A stretch of 64,000 nt of DNA, taken from Balamuthia mandrillaris (lineage: Eukaryota). A program made the position numbers and the translations under genes. The DNA lies in NCBI GenBank assembly GCA_031835245.2, contig JAVKOQ020000001.1, positions 124,001 through 188,000 on the forward strand, read 5' to 3'. A model generated the notes under the pieces. The model did no database searches, was not told the DNA's origin, and saw only the letters and a list, made by a program, of their open reading frames with translations. Shown here piece by piece: positions 11,818-24,987 of the stretch (its first letter is position 1; every line of letters begins with the position of its first letter).

Positions 11818-14440
11818 TTAGCTTCCACAGACAACACACCCTTCCTCCATCCGACAGACCTCTCCGTCGTACTCCTTCTCCACTGCTTTGGTCGTCGCTG
11901 CATCAAATGCAGGCATACCGGCCACATCTGATACCACAATGTCCACTTTTGCCTTCAACGAAGACGATGTAGAGCCAGGCGACGATGAGGCGGATGTATG
12001 TTTTTGCTCTTCTACAGAGGATGAAGTCGGCAGCTGGGCAGCAAGCGCAGTTTGATCTACAGTAAACTGGATAGCGTTGGCAGCAGGTCTCGTCCTAAGG
12101 TAGTACATTCCCGTTTTCAAGCCCTTCTTCCAAGCGTAAAAGTGCATCGAGGTGAGCTTGGCAAAGGAGGGGGCTTTGATGTGCACGTTGAAGCTCTGGC
12201 TCTGATCGATAAACGCCCCTCGATCCGCCGCCATGTCGATCAAGGTACGTTGGGACACCTCCCACACGGTCTTGTACAGCTTCTTAATGTGTTCCGGGAT
12301 GCAGGCAAGGTGTTGAACAGAGCCGTTGTGAGCCACCAGTTGGTTCTTCAGCTCGGCGCTCCACAGGCCCAAGTTTCTCAGGTCTTGCATCAAGTGGCTG
12401 TTGACAATGGTGAAGTCTCCAGCCAAGATGCGGCGAGAGTAGATGTTGGAGGTGTAGGGCTCAAAGCACTCATTGTTGCCGAGGATCTGCGAGGTGGAGG
12501 CTGTAGGCATGGGAGCCACCAACAAGCTGTTCCTCAGGCCGTGCTCCTTGATCTTCTGCTTCAGGCCGGCCCAGTCCCAGTTCTGCTCCGAACGAGGCAC
12601 CACTCCCCAGAGGTCAAACTGCAAGAGGCCTTTGCTTGCAGGACTGCCAGGATAGGACTGGTAGGGGCCCTCACGAGCGGCAATCTCGTTGGATGCTGTC
12701 AGCGCAGCGAAGTAAATGGTCTCAAAGATATCTCGGTTGAGGTCAGCAGCCTCTTGGCTCTCCCAGGGGAAACGCATCATCAAAAAGACGTCCGCAAGGC
12801 CTTGCACACCAATTCCGATGGGACGATGACGAAGGTTCGAGTTGCGAGCCTCGACAACGGGATAGTAGTTGACGTCAATGACCTTGTTGAGGTTGCGAGT
12901 GACGACCTTAACCACCTCGAACAAACGGCTGTGGTCAAATCGGGCTCGGCCACTGTCTGCGTCGATGGACACAAACTTGGGAAGAGCGAGAGAAGCGAGG
13001 TTGCACACAGCCACTTCGTCCTTGGAGGTGTACTCCATGATCTCCGTGCAAAGGTTGCTTGAACGAATGGTGCCGAGGTTCTGTTGGTTGGACTTGCGGT
13101 TGCACGAGTCCTTGTATAGCATGTAGGGCGTGCCGGTCTCTATCTGGCTCTCCAGGATGGCGAACCAGAGCTCTTGGGCCTTAACGCTCCTCCTGGCTCG
13201 GCCCTCCTGTTCGTATCGAGTGTAGAGCGCCTCAAACTCCTCTCCCCAGACATCAGCCAAGCCGGGAGCTTCGTTGGGACAAAACAGGGACCACTCCTGA
13301 TTGCTCTCCACTCGCTTCATGAATAGGTCCGGAACCCAGAGCGCGTAAAAGAGGTCTCTGGCGCGCAGCTCCTCCTTGCCGTGGTTCTTCTTCAGCTCCA
13401 GAAACTCGAACACGTCCGCGTGCCATGGCTCCAAGTAGACAGCAAAAGCTCCTTTGCGTTTGCCTCCTCCTTGGTCGACGTATCTGGCAGTGTCGTTAAA
13501 GACGCGAAGCATCGGGATGAGACCGTTCGACGTGCCATTAGTTCCACGGATGTAGCTGTGCGAGGCACGGATTGTGTGTACGCTGAGGCCGATGCCACCA
13601 GCGGCCTTGGAGATCAAGGCGCATTGCTTTAGGGTGTCGTAGATGCCCTCGATGCTGTCCTCCCTCATCGTGAGCAAAAAGCAGGAAGAGAGTTGCGGCC
13701 GCTCTGTGCCGGCGTTGAAGAGAGTGGGGGTGGCGTGAGTAAAGTAGAGGTTGGACATGAGATTGTAGGTCTCAATGGCAGCAGCAATGTCTCCCATATG
13801 GATGCCGATGGCAACTCGCATGATCATGTGTTGAGGCCTCTCAACGATCTTGCCCTCCACCTTGAAGAGGTAGCTCCTCTCCAAGGTCTTAAAGCCAAAG
13901 TAAGAGTAATTGTAGTCTCGGTTGTAGTCGATGGCGGCCTCCAAGGCCTCCGCGTTCTCCAAGATGATATTGTAGACGTCCTCGGCCAAGAGGGGAGCTT
14001 CCAGTCCGCTCTTGGGGTTGACATAGTTGCGAAGGATGTGAGCTACCTCCACCAGCGAGCCCTTTGTCTCCTTCTGCAGGTTGGAGATGGCAATGCGAGC
14101 GGCTAGGTCTCCGTAGCCAGGGTGAAGGGTGCCCATGTAGGCCGCCGTCTCAGCGGCCAGGTGGTCGAGGGCGGTGGTGTGGACGCCGTTGTAGACGCCC
14201 TGAATGACCTTCTGCGAGACGAGGATGGCGTCCACCTCGCCATCGAGGGGAGGCTCTTGGGAGCAGAGCAGCTGCAGCCGTTTGGTGATCTTGTCAAAGG
14301 AGACCTTCGAAAGAGAAAACAAGTGAGATTAATCAGATGGAGTAAGAAAGAGGTTTTTTCGTTAGCAGAAAGAAAGATAGCTGAAGATGAGAGTGAGCAG
14401 TTACCCGTTCGTGTTCTCCGTTTCTTTTGACGACGTACAT
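11818..14440 (-). CDS. RRM1: Ribonucleoside-diphosphate reductase large subunit (class Ia), 2 exons
   Basis: [12 protein letters not shown], intron 14305-14404, then VSFDKIT (ATP cone). Further motifs: [56 protein letters not shown] and a C-terminal Cys pair. Confidence 0.98.
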
Positions 14441-14753
14441 CGTTGATGTGAAGAGAGAAGGAAAAAAAGCCAAAAAAGCTTTTTTGTGCGGTGGTCCCTC
14501 TGTGTTGTTGTGGGTTGGTGTTGGCGGTTTGGAGAAAAGAATAACAAAAATTAAAAAAAAAGGGGAGGCCTCCCTTGGACCCAAAAGCTCGCTCTCCGTT
14601 AACGACTTGTTTTCCCTCCCTTTTTTTTTTGGGTTGTTGGCGGGAAAAAGAATTTCAAGCAACAATATTGTAAAAATGTTTCCAGGAATAATTTCGAGTG
14701 TCCACACAAAAAAATTTCGATTGGATTTTATGTAGACAACCCATTGGCCGAAA

Positions 14754-14768
14754 CGCTAACCCTAACCT
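14754..14768. promoter_or_regulatory. Telobox-like motif, copy 4
   Basis: CGCTAACCCTAACCT, about 315 bp upstream of the RRM1 ATG. Confidence 0.55.
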
Positions 14769-15416
14769 TGGGATATCCTACAATTTTCCTGACGGAAGGC
14801 CAAACAAAAATAAAATAAAATAAAATAAAAACAAACCGATTCGCAGCGTAAGCAAACGGACCAGAATAACACACACACAAGGGGAAGGTTTGTTGAGCTC
14901 TGTATTTCTTTTTCTTTCTTTCTTTTGTGGGTACCGCACCTTTTTCTGCAAAGGCGGAGCGTTGGGACGCACGTCCCCTCAATTTCCGCATTTGATTCAC
15001 AGGGGTGCAAAATCAACAGCCTCGATCGTTTTTATTTATTTTAAAAAAATGATCAAGCAGCTGTGTAACTGTTGATCGATCATGAATTGGGTTGTAAGAT
15101 CAACAGAAACGACTGCCACATCTCTTCCCCCCTCTGTTCTGTGCTCTCTCTCTCCCCCTCTCTTTCGCTCAGGCTAATCAAAGTTTACCCAAATAGTCAA
15201 TCAACAGAGAGACAAGCGCTCTCCCTCTCATCGAAATCCAAGAGGAGATATAAGGTACCAAGCCTTTCTGGCTTCAATACGCACAATCTAGCCCGCCTCT
15301 TTTGTGCCTTCCATCTCCTCTTGTATTACGATGGGCCAAAAAAAATACCGCAACAGTCAAAGTCGTCTTTGATGATTCCATTTTTAATAACACATCACAC
15401 AAGTCCAACCCTGCTT

Positions 15417-16809
15417 TTACTTCCTCTTGATGACACCACCCTTAGAGGCAGGCAAGTAGGCCTTTTGCTCCTCCAGCTCCCTCTCCAACCACCAAATGGC
15501 GCCGTGCGGAGTGCCGGGCTTGGCCTTGACCTCCCTCAGGTACTCCTCCGCCTCCTCCACGCGCCTCCTGGTCTGCTCGAGCGCCTCCTCGGCCACGGCG
15601 CGAGCCTCCTCGGCGGCCTTGGTGGCCGCCTCGAAGGGGGCACGAGCCTTGTCGGCCTTCTTCTTGGCGGCTTCCAGGGTGATCTTGGCCTTGCGGAGGG
15701 GAAGGGGATCTTCGGCGAGGTGTTGGGCGAGCTCTGCCTTGGCTTTGTTCTGTTGGACCACGCCGCCTTCGGTGCTCTTGCGCTTGAGCTCTTCGGTGCG
15801 GGCGTTGTAGCTGTCCTCTTGGGCCTTTGTTGTTTAGTTTGATGGAAACGAAAGAGAGATTAACAACAGCGAGAAAGCAAGTATTCAATCCGGGCCATTA
15901 CCTGAACATCGGCAACAGCAGCCTCGACCTCCTCACAAGCAGCCTTGAAGGGCGCCTCCTGCTCCCTTGCCGCGGCCTCAGCCTCCCTCGCCAACGCCGC
16001 CGTCCTGTCCGACTCCACAAAGGCCGCCGTGACCTGGTCCAGCAGCCTCTGCGCCTCGGCGATCTCCGCCGAGTTGTCCCCCTTGGTGTTGACGAGGGTG
16101 CGCCAGTCCACGCCCGCGCCGTCGTAGCGGAAGAGGAGGTAGTGCGTCAGGGGCACCACCTTGGGGCGCTCCGTGGGGCCGATAGCCCCGGTCTTGCGGA
16201 GCTTATCGCGGAGGGCCAGCACGGTGAGGGTCTCTCCGATGGACTCGAGAAAGCGGTGGGCGTTGAGCTCGTCGAGGGCGGAGCCGGCGGCCTTGCGCTG
16301 GAGGTCCAGCTCGGCGCACTTTTGGACGTAGCCCCAGAGCTTCTCGGCCTCATTGGAGGCGAACTGGTCCCAGTAGGCGTTCAAGAACCTGTTTTTTGCC
16401 CCCCCCCCCCAAAGAGAAAGAGCAAACGGACACAACAAAGAAAGGAAGGAAGGAAGGAAGGAAGGAAGGAAGGAAGGAAGGAAGGAAGGAAGGAAGGAAG
16501 GGAAGGAAGGAGGAAGAAGGAAGGAAGGAAGGAAGGAAGGAAGGAAGGAAGGAAGGAGGAAGGAAGGAAGGAAGGAAGGAAGGAAGGAAGGAAGGAAGGA
16601 AGGAAGGAAGGAAGGAAGGAAGGAAGGAAGGAAGGAAGGAAACAACGTTTTTCAAGTGTTGTTAACAGATTGGGGAACCAAAAAATAAAACATCAAAAGA
16701 AGAACAACAGCTGAGACGAGAGGACCAACCAAATGCATTGTTCCTTGTAGGAACGGTCGCACAAGGAGAGGAGCTTCTCCGAGTCACTGGATCCTTGCAA
16801 GTCGCCCAT
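15417..16809 (-). CDS. Calcium-regulated actin-bundling protein (Dictyostelium ABP34-like, long Ala/Glu-rich coiled-coil form), 3 exons
   Basis: YKEQCIW|FLNAYW, LTHYLLFRY and C-terminal GAIWWLERELEEQK match my recollection of the ABP34 motifs FLNAYW and GAIWWMNRDLEEKK. Introns at about 15824-15901 and 16389-16730. Confidence 0.75.
16443..16640. repeat. (GGAA)n microsatellite in an intron
   Basis: Directly visible. Confidence 0.95.
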
Positions 16810-17108
16810 GGTATGTTTGCACTATTTGTTGTGTTACAAGTTGGTCGTGAAGTAGCAGTTTTGCGGGAGGCCTGCCTTTCCGCAGCTATATTAAAGACAC
16901 GTCACCACGCAACAAACAAAAAACTGTCGACAACACCACAGGGCGTGGTCTCTCGCTGTCTCTGTCTGTCTCTCTGTCTCTCTGTCTCTCCTCTCTCCAT
17001 CTCCTGCGGCACGGCGTATCATGAGCATGGCAATGAAAGGTAACAAGTATAATCTATTTACAATTCCAGAATTATTCAACCAACTTCAAGCCGCAGGTTG
17101 TCCCTTAC

Positions 17109-18288
17109 TCAAGGGGAAGCCGCTCTGCAACCATACGATTGAGAGTAGGGCAAGGCAGTGGCGTCAAACGAAGAAGGAAGTGCATCAGTTCCATCACAAC
17201 TAAGCCATTGGATATCTCCAGGTTCGTCACCAATGGGCAGACACGGGATCCTGAAAGTGTTCATGGAGAGGTCACTTGCCGTTGGAAGCTGATCCTCTTC
17301 GCCAGTGGTTGAGTCCATGAGGGCCACAGAGCCTTTGGTGAAAGTACCATCCCCCATCGTTGGTGTAGGTGACACATTTTGAGCCTGCAGGAATCCATAT
17401 TTTAAGCGTTCCTTCGTCATAATAGACATTGGGCGCCTCGGTAGCATTGCAGGAGAGAGGAGCATAGTCTAGGTTGGTGATGTACTGCTTGTCAGCGGGA
17501 TACGCTCTGTTCAGAAGGTTAACGCGGTTATATAGGATGCCGTAATCGAGAAGGTCGTGAGCATCTTGTGTGTCAAAGAACTCCTGTAGGCTGGTGGGGT
17601 CGTTTTTATCAACATAAGCCCCGCCTGGGCGGAACATATCTGCAAAGTGATCCGAGTCGGTGAATGCCCAATAGTCAGGCTGGCTTTTGGAAAATGAACT
17701 GCCAAATCTGGTCTCGGATACTCCCTTCTGATAGTACACCTCTGGAGCATATGCAGTTCCAGTCCAATTGTACTTATTGCTGGAGGTGAGTGATAATTCC
17801 CCATGACACGCGGTTTGGAGTTCATCCAGGTTGGCCGTGCTGTCCCACTTATATGCCCTTGTACCGCAAACCTTTGTCATTCCAGTGGTTGGCATTACGG
17901 AGACATAATCAGGATTATTTTCGTGATGCTCTATGATGTGGCCAATTGTGTGGGAGTCTTCTGCCGGCGCTGGGCAAAAGGGTCGCCTTTGGATGCCGTT
18001 TACGACCACATCTCTACAACAAAAGTCAGCAGGAAACGAGGGGACGGTTGTTGTCACTTGACAACATTTCTTGTTGCAGTCGTGTGTCATCCAGCTGTGT
18101 CCACCAAAAGTCCAGTTCCTTGGTACAATACAATCCAGTAAGAAGCAGATGTTTTCCGTTGGGTACCAGAGACTTTTCATGACAGCGTCTCTGGAATAAA
18201 CGCCAGCTGCCTCTCCTTTATTTCTGAGTACCTTGACTTCCGCTGTTGCTAAAGCAACAAATAATACAAATAAACCCACTTTGTACAT
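17109..18288 (-). CDS. Unknown secreted Cys-containing protein; stand-alone paralog of the C-terminal domain of protein B (one frameshift near 17351-17355)
   Basis: Signal peptide MYKVGLFVLFVALATA. Shares ICFLL.CI.P..WT.GG, FCC.D.VVNGI.RRPF.PAPAE, TTGMTKVCGT, DHFA.MFR.GGAYVD, LLNRAYPAD and FRIPC with 26809-29001. Removing one base from a G5 run joins ORFs 17272-18288 and 17109-17465. Confidence 0.8.
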
Positions 18289-18833
18289 GTTGATTGATAG
18301 TGAATGAGTTTGTTTGGTTAGCTTGTTTGTTTGTTAGTTGTTTGCCTGTTTGAATTGTAAACTCGATTGCAACAATGATGGCTTTGGTAAATCCAACGAG
18401 ATGCATTTATAGGATTACTGGAATGTCACTTTACTTAAGTTGCTGAACTGTATGAAGGAGTTACAAAAATCGTCAATCAACGGAGAAGAAAGGAGACAAG
18501 CTTCTGATTGACGATTTTTTTACATTCCCAACAAAAAAGAAAAGCGACATTCCGATGAGGCAGTGCGTCACTTTGGTGCATTTTTGTGAGGTTTTTAAGG
18601 GGTAGGCCCTTCTTTCCACAGGGCACGAACTGGCCAGCATGCATTCCCTCGGCAGTTACGAAAAGCTCCTTATCAACCTTAGCAGTTCCTGAAGTGAACT
18701 CGGACCAAGGGAGTCCAGAGTCATGGACGATGTCTCTTCCGACACCCTTGCTGCAATCCTTGGGAAATGGCGGCAGCGCTAACCTCCATTTCTGGGTCGC
18801 TCACCAGGATTGCAATCAGGCCGTTCTTCTCCA

Positions 18834-18878
<45 letters not shown>

Positions 18879-19009
18879 CCCTGTTTCAAAAATGTCGACA
18901 TCATTTATCTGTCGACGCACATTATCGCATCAATGCCAAATAATTATCTTGTTTTTCTCGATAAATATCAAAAGGAAGAAAAGATAGAGCAAAGGAGAGA
19001 GAGGAGGGG

Positions 19010-20470
19010 ATGGCCTCCCGCAGAAATAAACAAAGCGCTACCATGGCAGAAGGAGGAAGCAGCACCGGCGGCGGTAGCAGCGCCCTTTCCTCCCCACGAA
19101 AAACCTACCATGACTCCCCCCTCTCCGCCACCGCGGGCAGCAGAATCATTCCCAGAGGGATGGTGACGAGGGCCATCATGGCTGAAGGAGGCACCGCCGA
19201 CACGATGAGCAAACTGCAACCCAAGAGCAACGCCATTGCCTCCCTTCGTGTCACCATCTACGACGTTCGCTTTCCTCAAAAAGGTTTTTCTTTCTTCTTT
19301 GATTTTCGATTAACTTTTTTCAAATTACATTATTAACAAAAAATAAATAAATAAGGCAACTCAGCTGGAAGAAAGAAGAAAGGGAGTGCCGGTCGTTCTC
19401 GTGGAACGCCAAAGAAAAACCTGCTCGCCGGCTTGGGCAGTGGTGGGGGAGGAGAAGAGCTACGAGCGCCAAGCTTTGCTTGCCGCGTGAAGTTGGGCCG
19501 TTTGCGTGTGCTGCCGAGACAGACGCTCATCCCGGCGGCCCCTTTTCCTACTTGCGTTGGCTCTCATGTCAACTTGTAAGCTTGCTTTCTTCTTCCCCAG
19601 CATCCTCCTTCCTCCTTTCTTCTTTCTTCTTTCATACTTATACATAAATTCAATAGTGCAGTCAAAAGTCTAAAGAGCTACGTCGAGGTGGACGTCTTGG
19701 ACGCCACAACCTACAAAGCATGCGGCAACATTCGGGTGCCGCTCACCGACATACCCTTTGTGCACGATAGCATTCCGTTCGGCACCATGAAGTACTATCC
19801 GTGGACACCTCGTCCTGAAATGGATTTGATGACCGGTGAGCTCAGAATCGGCTTTAAGCTCGTCAAAGAACGTTATGCTGTTACTAAAAAGGTTTGTCCT
19901 CCTCTCGCCCCCTCGCTCTCTCGCATTCGCATCGCACGCAGCACTCTGCTTTTCTCTTCTATGTTTCGTTATTATCTTTTCTTCTGAACTCATCGCTTAT
20001 CTTTCTGTTCTATGGTTTGTCTCTGTTAATTATCAATAGGGTGAATGGAATGACAAAACAGCGGGAGGCAGTTTGGACTATCCAACATGGACCAACAACA
20101 CACAGTACTTTTTGGCCATCTCAGTACCAAGCGTGTTGACTATCAACCTACAGAGCGATGTTGGCTCCAAAGACGTCATTGGATTTTATGTAATTAAAGT
20201 TGCAGGTATCTACCCATCTATTAATGTTGATTTGTTCTCGTTGATTTCATTATTTTTTGCTTCTTAAGTATTCACTTTCTTGTTTATCCAAAAATAAATA
20301 AAAAGAAATAAACGAATTGGGAGTAAAGCGAAAAGCAAAAGAAGAGGACATCATCAAAACAGGAGAACACCGCAAATGGCTGACGAAGAACACGGATCGC
20401 CTCCAAATAGATATCCACATGCAAGCTGGTTGCTTTGTTGTTATTCCATGTACTAAATATCCTAATATTG

Positions 20471-20508
<38 letters not shown>

Positions 20509-23500
20509 CCGTTGTCTTAACGATGGTATATAGAGGGAGAATATTCGCTTTGGATAGAAGGAGACTATGACGCTGGTATTAAAGTTGACACGTTTGATGT
20601 ACGTTCTTTGTCTTCTTCTTTAACCTTGTTCGTTAAAATGCCGGTCTCACATAGTTTTTAATAAAGGAGACAACTGAGAAAGAAGAAGAAAAGTCGTCTG
20701 GCTGGCTCTCTGATAGCGACGACGAGTTTAGCGATTCCTCTGCCACAACGACTGGCGAACGCCGTCTCACTCGTCCTTCTTCCTCTAAAACGGATTCCTC
20801 CTCTGATCAAGAAAACTCTGACGCCTCCAAAAGCAACGCCTCTTCCTCATCTGCATCGAAAGAACTCCTCAAATTCAAACTGCTCAACAAACAAAAACAA
20901 CAATCCAATTTACTTCGAGCCGCCTCTATAGGCAATATAGGCGCTCTCAAAAAATCGATCGCCAAAGGTGGCGAGGTCAACCTCAAAGACAAAGACGGCA
21001 TCTCTGCTCTGACCTTTGCCGCCATGAACGGTCACTACGAATGCGTCAACCTGTTGTTGGCCAAAGGAGCCGACATGAACTCGATGGACAGCGAGGGCTA
21101 TAACTCCGTTATGAGGGCCGCTATCGGAGGACATGCCGCCACGCTGAAGCTATTGTTGGAAAACGGAGGAGACATCAGGGCTAGAGATCCCAAAGGCTTT
21201 ACGCCGTTCATCTATGCAGCGGAAAGCGGCTCATTAGAGTGTGTCAATGTGTTATTGGAGCATGGTGCGAATGTGAATGAGTCAGCATATAACCGACAAA
21301 CCGCCTTGATGAAAGCTTGTCTTCGAGGTTTGGTTCTCTCTCTGTCTCTCTCTGTCTCTCTCGGTCTCTCTCGGTCTCTCTCTATCTCTCTCTGTCTCTC
21401 TCCCTGTCTCTCTCTCTGTCTCTCTCCCTGTCTCTCTGTCTCTCTCTGTCTCTCTCTGTCTCTCTCCCGTTCTCTCTCTCTGTCTCTCTCCCGTTCTCTC
21501 TCTGTCTCTCTCCTCTCTCTATCTCTCTCTGTCTCTCTCTCTCTTCTCTGTCTCTCTCTCTGTCTCTCTCTGTCTCTCTCTCTCTCTGTCTCTCTCTCTG
21601 TCTCTCTCTCTCTGTCTCTCTCTCTGTCTCTCTCCCTGTCTCTCTCGGTCTCTCTCTGTCTCCTTCTAGTTTGTGTGTGCCCTGACTTTTTCTGAGCTTC
21701 TTCCGCCCAATTCTAAAACAAAATAATATAGGACATTCGGAAATCGTAAAACGTCTTCTGCGCAAAGGAGCCAAAGTGGCCTTCAAAGATACGACAGGAC
21801 AAACGGCAGTGCACTATGCCTGCTCCGCTGGGTCCTCTGAGTGCCTAAAGCTCCTATGGAGCGCCGGAGCCAACGTCGACGTCAAGGATAGCAACGGTGA
21901 GACGGCTCTCTACAAAGCGGCCATCAAAGGGCATTTGGACGTGCTTCGTTTGCTCATCGAGAAGGGAGAGAAGGGAAGCAGCACTTCTTCGGAAGGTTCG
22001 AGCTCGCCTTTGAGCTTTACTCCGCAAAGAGCTATTTTGAGAAATTGGGAGACGGTGACGCTGTTGTTGTCTCATGATCATGCGAGCAACGATGGCGACT
22101 TGGGGGATGCTATCGACTCTGTAGAGCAACTACATTACCAACAAGAAGGAAACAACTTGAGTGTCAGTGCGAGCAGAAATAGTGGAAGAAAGAATTCGTT
22201 ATCGCTAAGCAACAGCAGTTTGAACGGAGGAGAGGAGGGAGGATCAGACATCATTGCACAACAGCAACATTTAAGTCTCAGCGAGAAGCCGAAGAAACGA
22301 ACAATGGACGTGTTGATCATCATCACGAAACATGGGGATCAACATTCGGCTTTTCAGCTGGTGTCTATCGATGGTTGCGTTCAAGGTTTCAATCTCTTTC
22401 TGGAAGGCAACAACGAAGTGCTTTCCAACAACACCAACAACACGTCTTCGTCTTCTTCGTGTCAAACAGGAAGTAAGAAGGATTCCAGTCAGATGATGGA
22501 TTCGCAAAAGAAGAAGGCGTTCAAGAAAGAGAAGAAAGCAAAGAAAGCGACGTTGATGGGAAGGAAGAGCAAGTCTCCAAAAGAATCTTCTCCTATCTCT
22601 CAGTTCACGTTTGCTGTTCCCTCTTCACCGGCTTCCATGTTATCTACATCTGTTTTGTCTTCTCCATCTGCCTCAGCTTCCTCTACTGCTTCCTCTTCAT
22701 CCACTTCTCCTTCCATTCCCTCTATTCTTTCCGCTCTCTCCGAAGTTAATTCCAGTCCTTCCTTTCATCATCACCTTCATCATCTCACAGAGAAAAAAGA
22801 CAAAAACAACAATAACAACAAGAACGACGCTCTCGTTAACTTAGTGGCAAAAGGGCAACTGGAAATCCTCTGTTTGTTGATTGAACGCGGAGACATTGTC
22901 ACAAACTATTTGGAGAGCGGCACGCAAATGACTCTCCTCTACGACATCATCGGACAAGACGAGTTTGAGAACCTGTTCTTACGAATCGCTCACGTCCTCT
23001 CTGCCACTTCAGAAAAGCCATCCTTGTCTTTAACAAATAGCCCCTCTGCCTCGCCAACAGCAGCTCTTTTGGCTGCTGCCCATCGCAAAAACGTTAGCTC
23101 TTTAAAGGCCGAAGAAAAGAAAACAACCAAGACAGCAGCACAGAGTGAAGAAACGAAATCACAATCTTCTACTAACAAAACTCCGAAATCACCTTCAAAG
23201 AGCAGAAGCAGAACCAAAAGCAACAAAAGCGCAACAAGAACAACCAGCAGCAACACAACAAACAAAAGCAGTCATCATCACAACAAAGACCTCAAAGATT
23301 CGAGAAAGAGAAAGAAAAGCAGAGCATCCTCGCCAAAAACAACCGAAGAAGAAAATGCTTCTTCTTCCTCCTCTCATCCATTACATCATCCACTCTTTAT
23401 GTCGGTCTCATCGACTGGATTGGACTTGGCTGCATGTGCTCGCGACATTCGAAAGTTGCCCTTGGGTCTCTTGGTACCCTTTAACGGACCATTCCTGGCC

Positions 23501-23770
23501 ACTCTTCACTCAGTGGATCTTGTTAACTTGAGTTTGGTCGATTGCTGTCGTACTTCTTTTTCTTCTTCCTCTTCTTCTTCGTCACCGACAACATCGCAAC
23601 AAGGAGCAGAAAAACATTCTTTGACAACTGCACTTCCAGAACAACAACAGAAAGATGGAAAAGCAGACCAGGAGAAAGAGAAAGGGATTCAGTCCTTCAC
23701 GTCCACTGCGACGCTCAACGTGATCAGCGTCATCACCAACACTCGTCACAGTCTTAAAACTTTGTTGTAA
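19010..23770 (+). CDS. Multi-exon protein: C2-like N-terminus, calpain domain III-like module, ankyrin repeats and a long Ser-rich tail
   Basis: GEWNDKTAGGSLDYPTWTNNTQY and GCFVVIPCTKYPN.EGEYSL fit calpain-III. There are several ankyrin repeats (G.TAL..AA..GH..CV.LLL..GA.VN) at about 20900-21960. The exon structure is approximate. Confidence 0.72.
21335..21665. repeat. (CT)n/(CTGT)n compound microsatellite in an intron
   Basis: Directly visible, between two ankyrin exons. Confidence 0.95.
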
Positions 23771-23899
23771 AATCATTATTGTTGCTAGACTGCCTCTCTC
23801 TCTCTCTCTCGCTTCCTCTCTCTCGTCTCTCTCTCTCTCTCTCTCGTCTCTCTCTCTCTCTCTCGTCTCTCTCTCTCTCTCGTCTCTCTCTCTCGCTTC

Positions 23900-24987
23900 T
23901 TCTTCGGTTGCTCTCTACAACATGACCATTTTATTATGTACATGAAACGGTCAAGCGTTTGACTAGGTACGCGGCACTGCACACCCAGAGGGTTGGGGAT
24001 ACGGCCCAAACAGGAGGAATTAAATTCTGAAGGCAAAACATATCGACCCGGTCGCTGCGGATGTTGGTGATTCCATAAGCAAGAAGCTTATGAGCTACCT
24101 TTTTGTCAAAAGGTTCGTGGAGCGAAAAAGGTGAGGCTGTACAAATGGTCCAACAGCTCATCATCTGAAGACTCATCTTCACTTGAGTTGTTCTCCTCCT
24201 GAAGCTCAGCTCTCTTCTCGAACGATGCGCTGTCTTTCAGCCTCCAATCTTCTTCAAAGCTACGACTTTAGGATTCCACAATCTGAACCCTCGCCTCGGG
24301 TGGATCAGTTCTGCTGCCATCGAGTCCAATTCCTTTCGATGTTCCTTCGGAATCAACGCGTAGGAAAGACAAGGATGCGATCCAACGAAGGTGCGAGGAG
24401 CACGAGGGCTATGGGGACAACGAGGAGAGGACTATTAGGACCACAAGGAGCACGACAAGTAGGAAGAGGACGATGACTACTACGAGGAAGAAGCCCTTGG
24501 CGAAGAGGAGGAGCATCACTGAACATGAATGAGGAGCATGAGGCAGCGGAAGAGCACGAGGAAGACGAGCTGCAGGAGGAACAGCACCGCTGGAACGGCT
24601 AGTGAAACCACTGTTTAAAACGCGTCTTAAAATACAGCTATGACCTACAATTCCCGGCCCCAAACCCAGAAGATGAGTTTGAGGAAGCAGGGGGCGGCAC
24701 TGCTGAAGCAGCATGCTGCAATTAGAAAAATATAGCAGTACGTTGTTTTTGTTGATAAATGCCGGCAATGTATATCAATGCTTGAATTACCTATACAACG
24801 GAAGGACTAGGGACGAGTGCCAGTACAACTATAGATGATTGAGAGCTAAAACACCAGTTAAGAGGCGCTTTTAAGCAGGACAGCAATGGCTCTGCTGCGG
24901 AGGGCGCCCTACATATTCTGTTAGACTGCTGCACAAGGCAGAGACTCCACCGAAACCCCCCAGAGCAGTGGAGACTCCGTTGCAACA
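23900..24987 (-). mobile_element. Degenerate Ty1/Copia remnant with a candidate 5' LTR at 24612-24987
   Basis: Minus-strand YALIPKEHRKELDS near 24320-24420 matches the Copia fragment at 31750-31820. TGTTG...AAACA is followed by (G)TGG, which resembles a primer-binding site. Confidence 0.5.

Noticed and set aside
12052..14430. Plus-strand ORFs of 100-336 aa
   Set aside because: Antisense shadows of the GC3-rich RRM1 CDS. The same applies to 15072-16714 opposite the ABP34-like gene.
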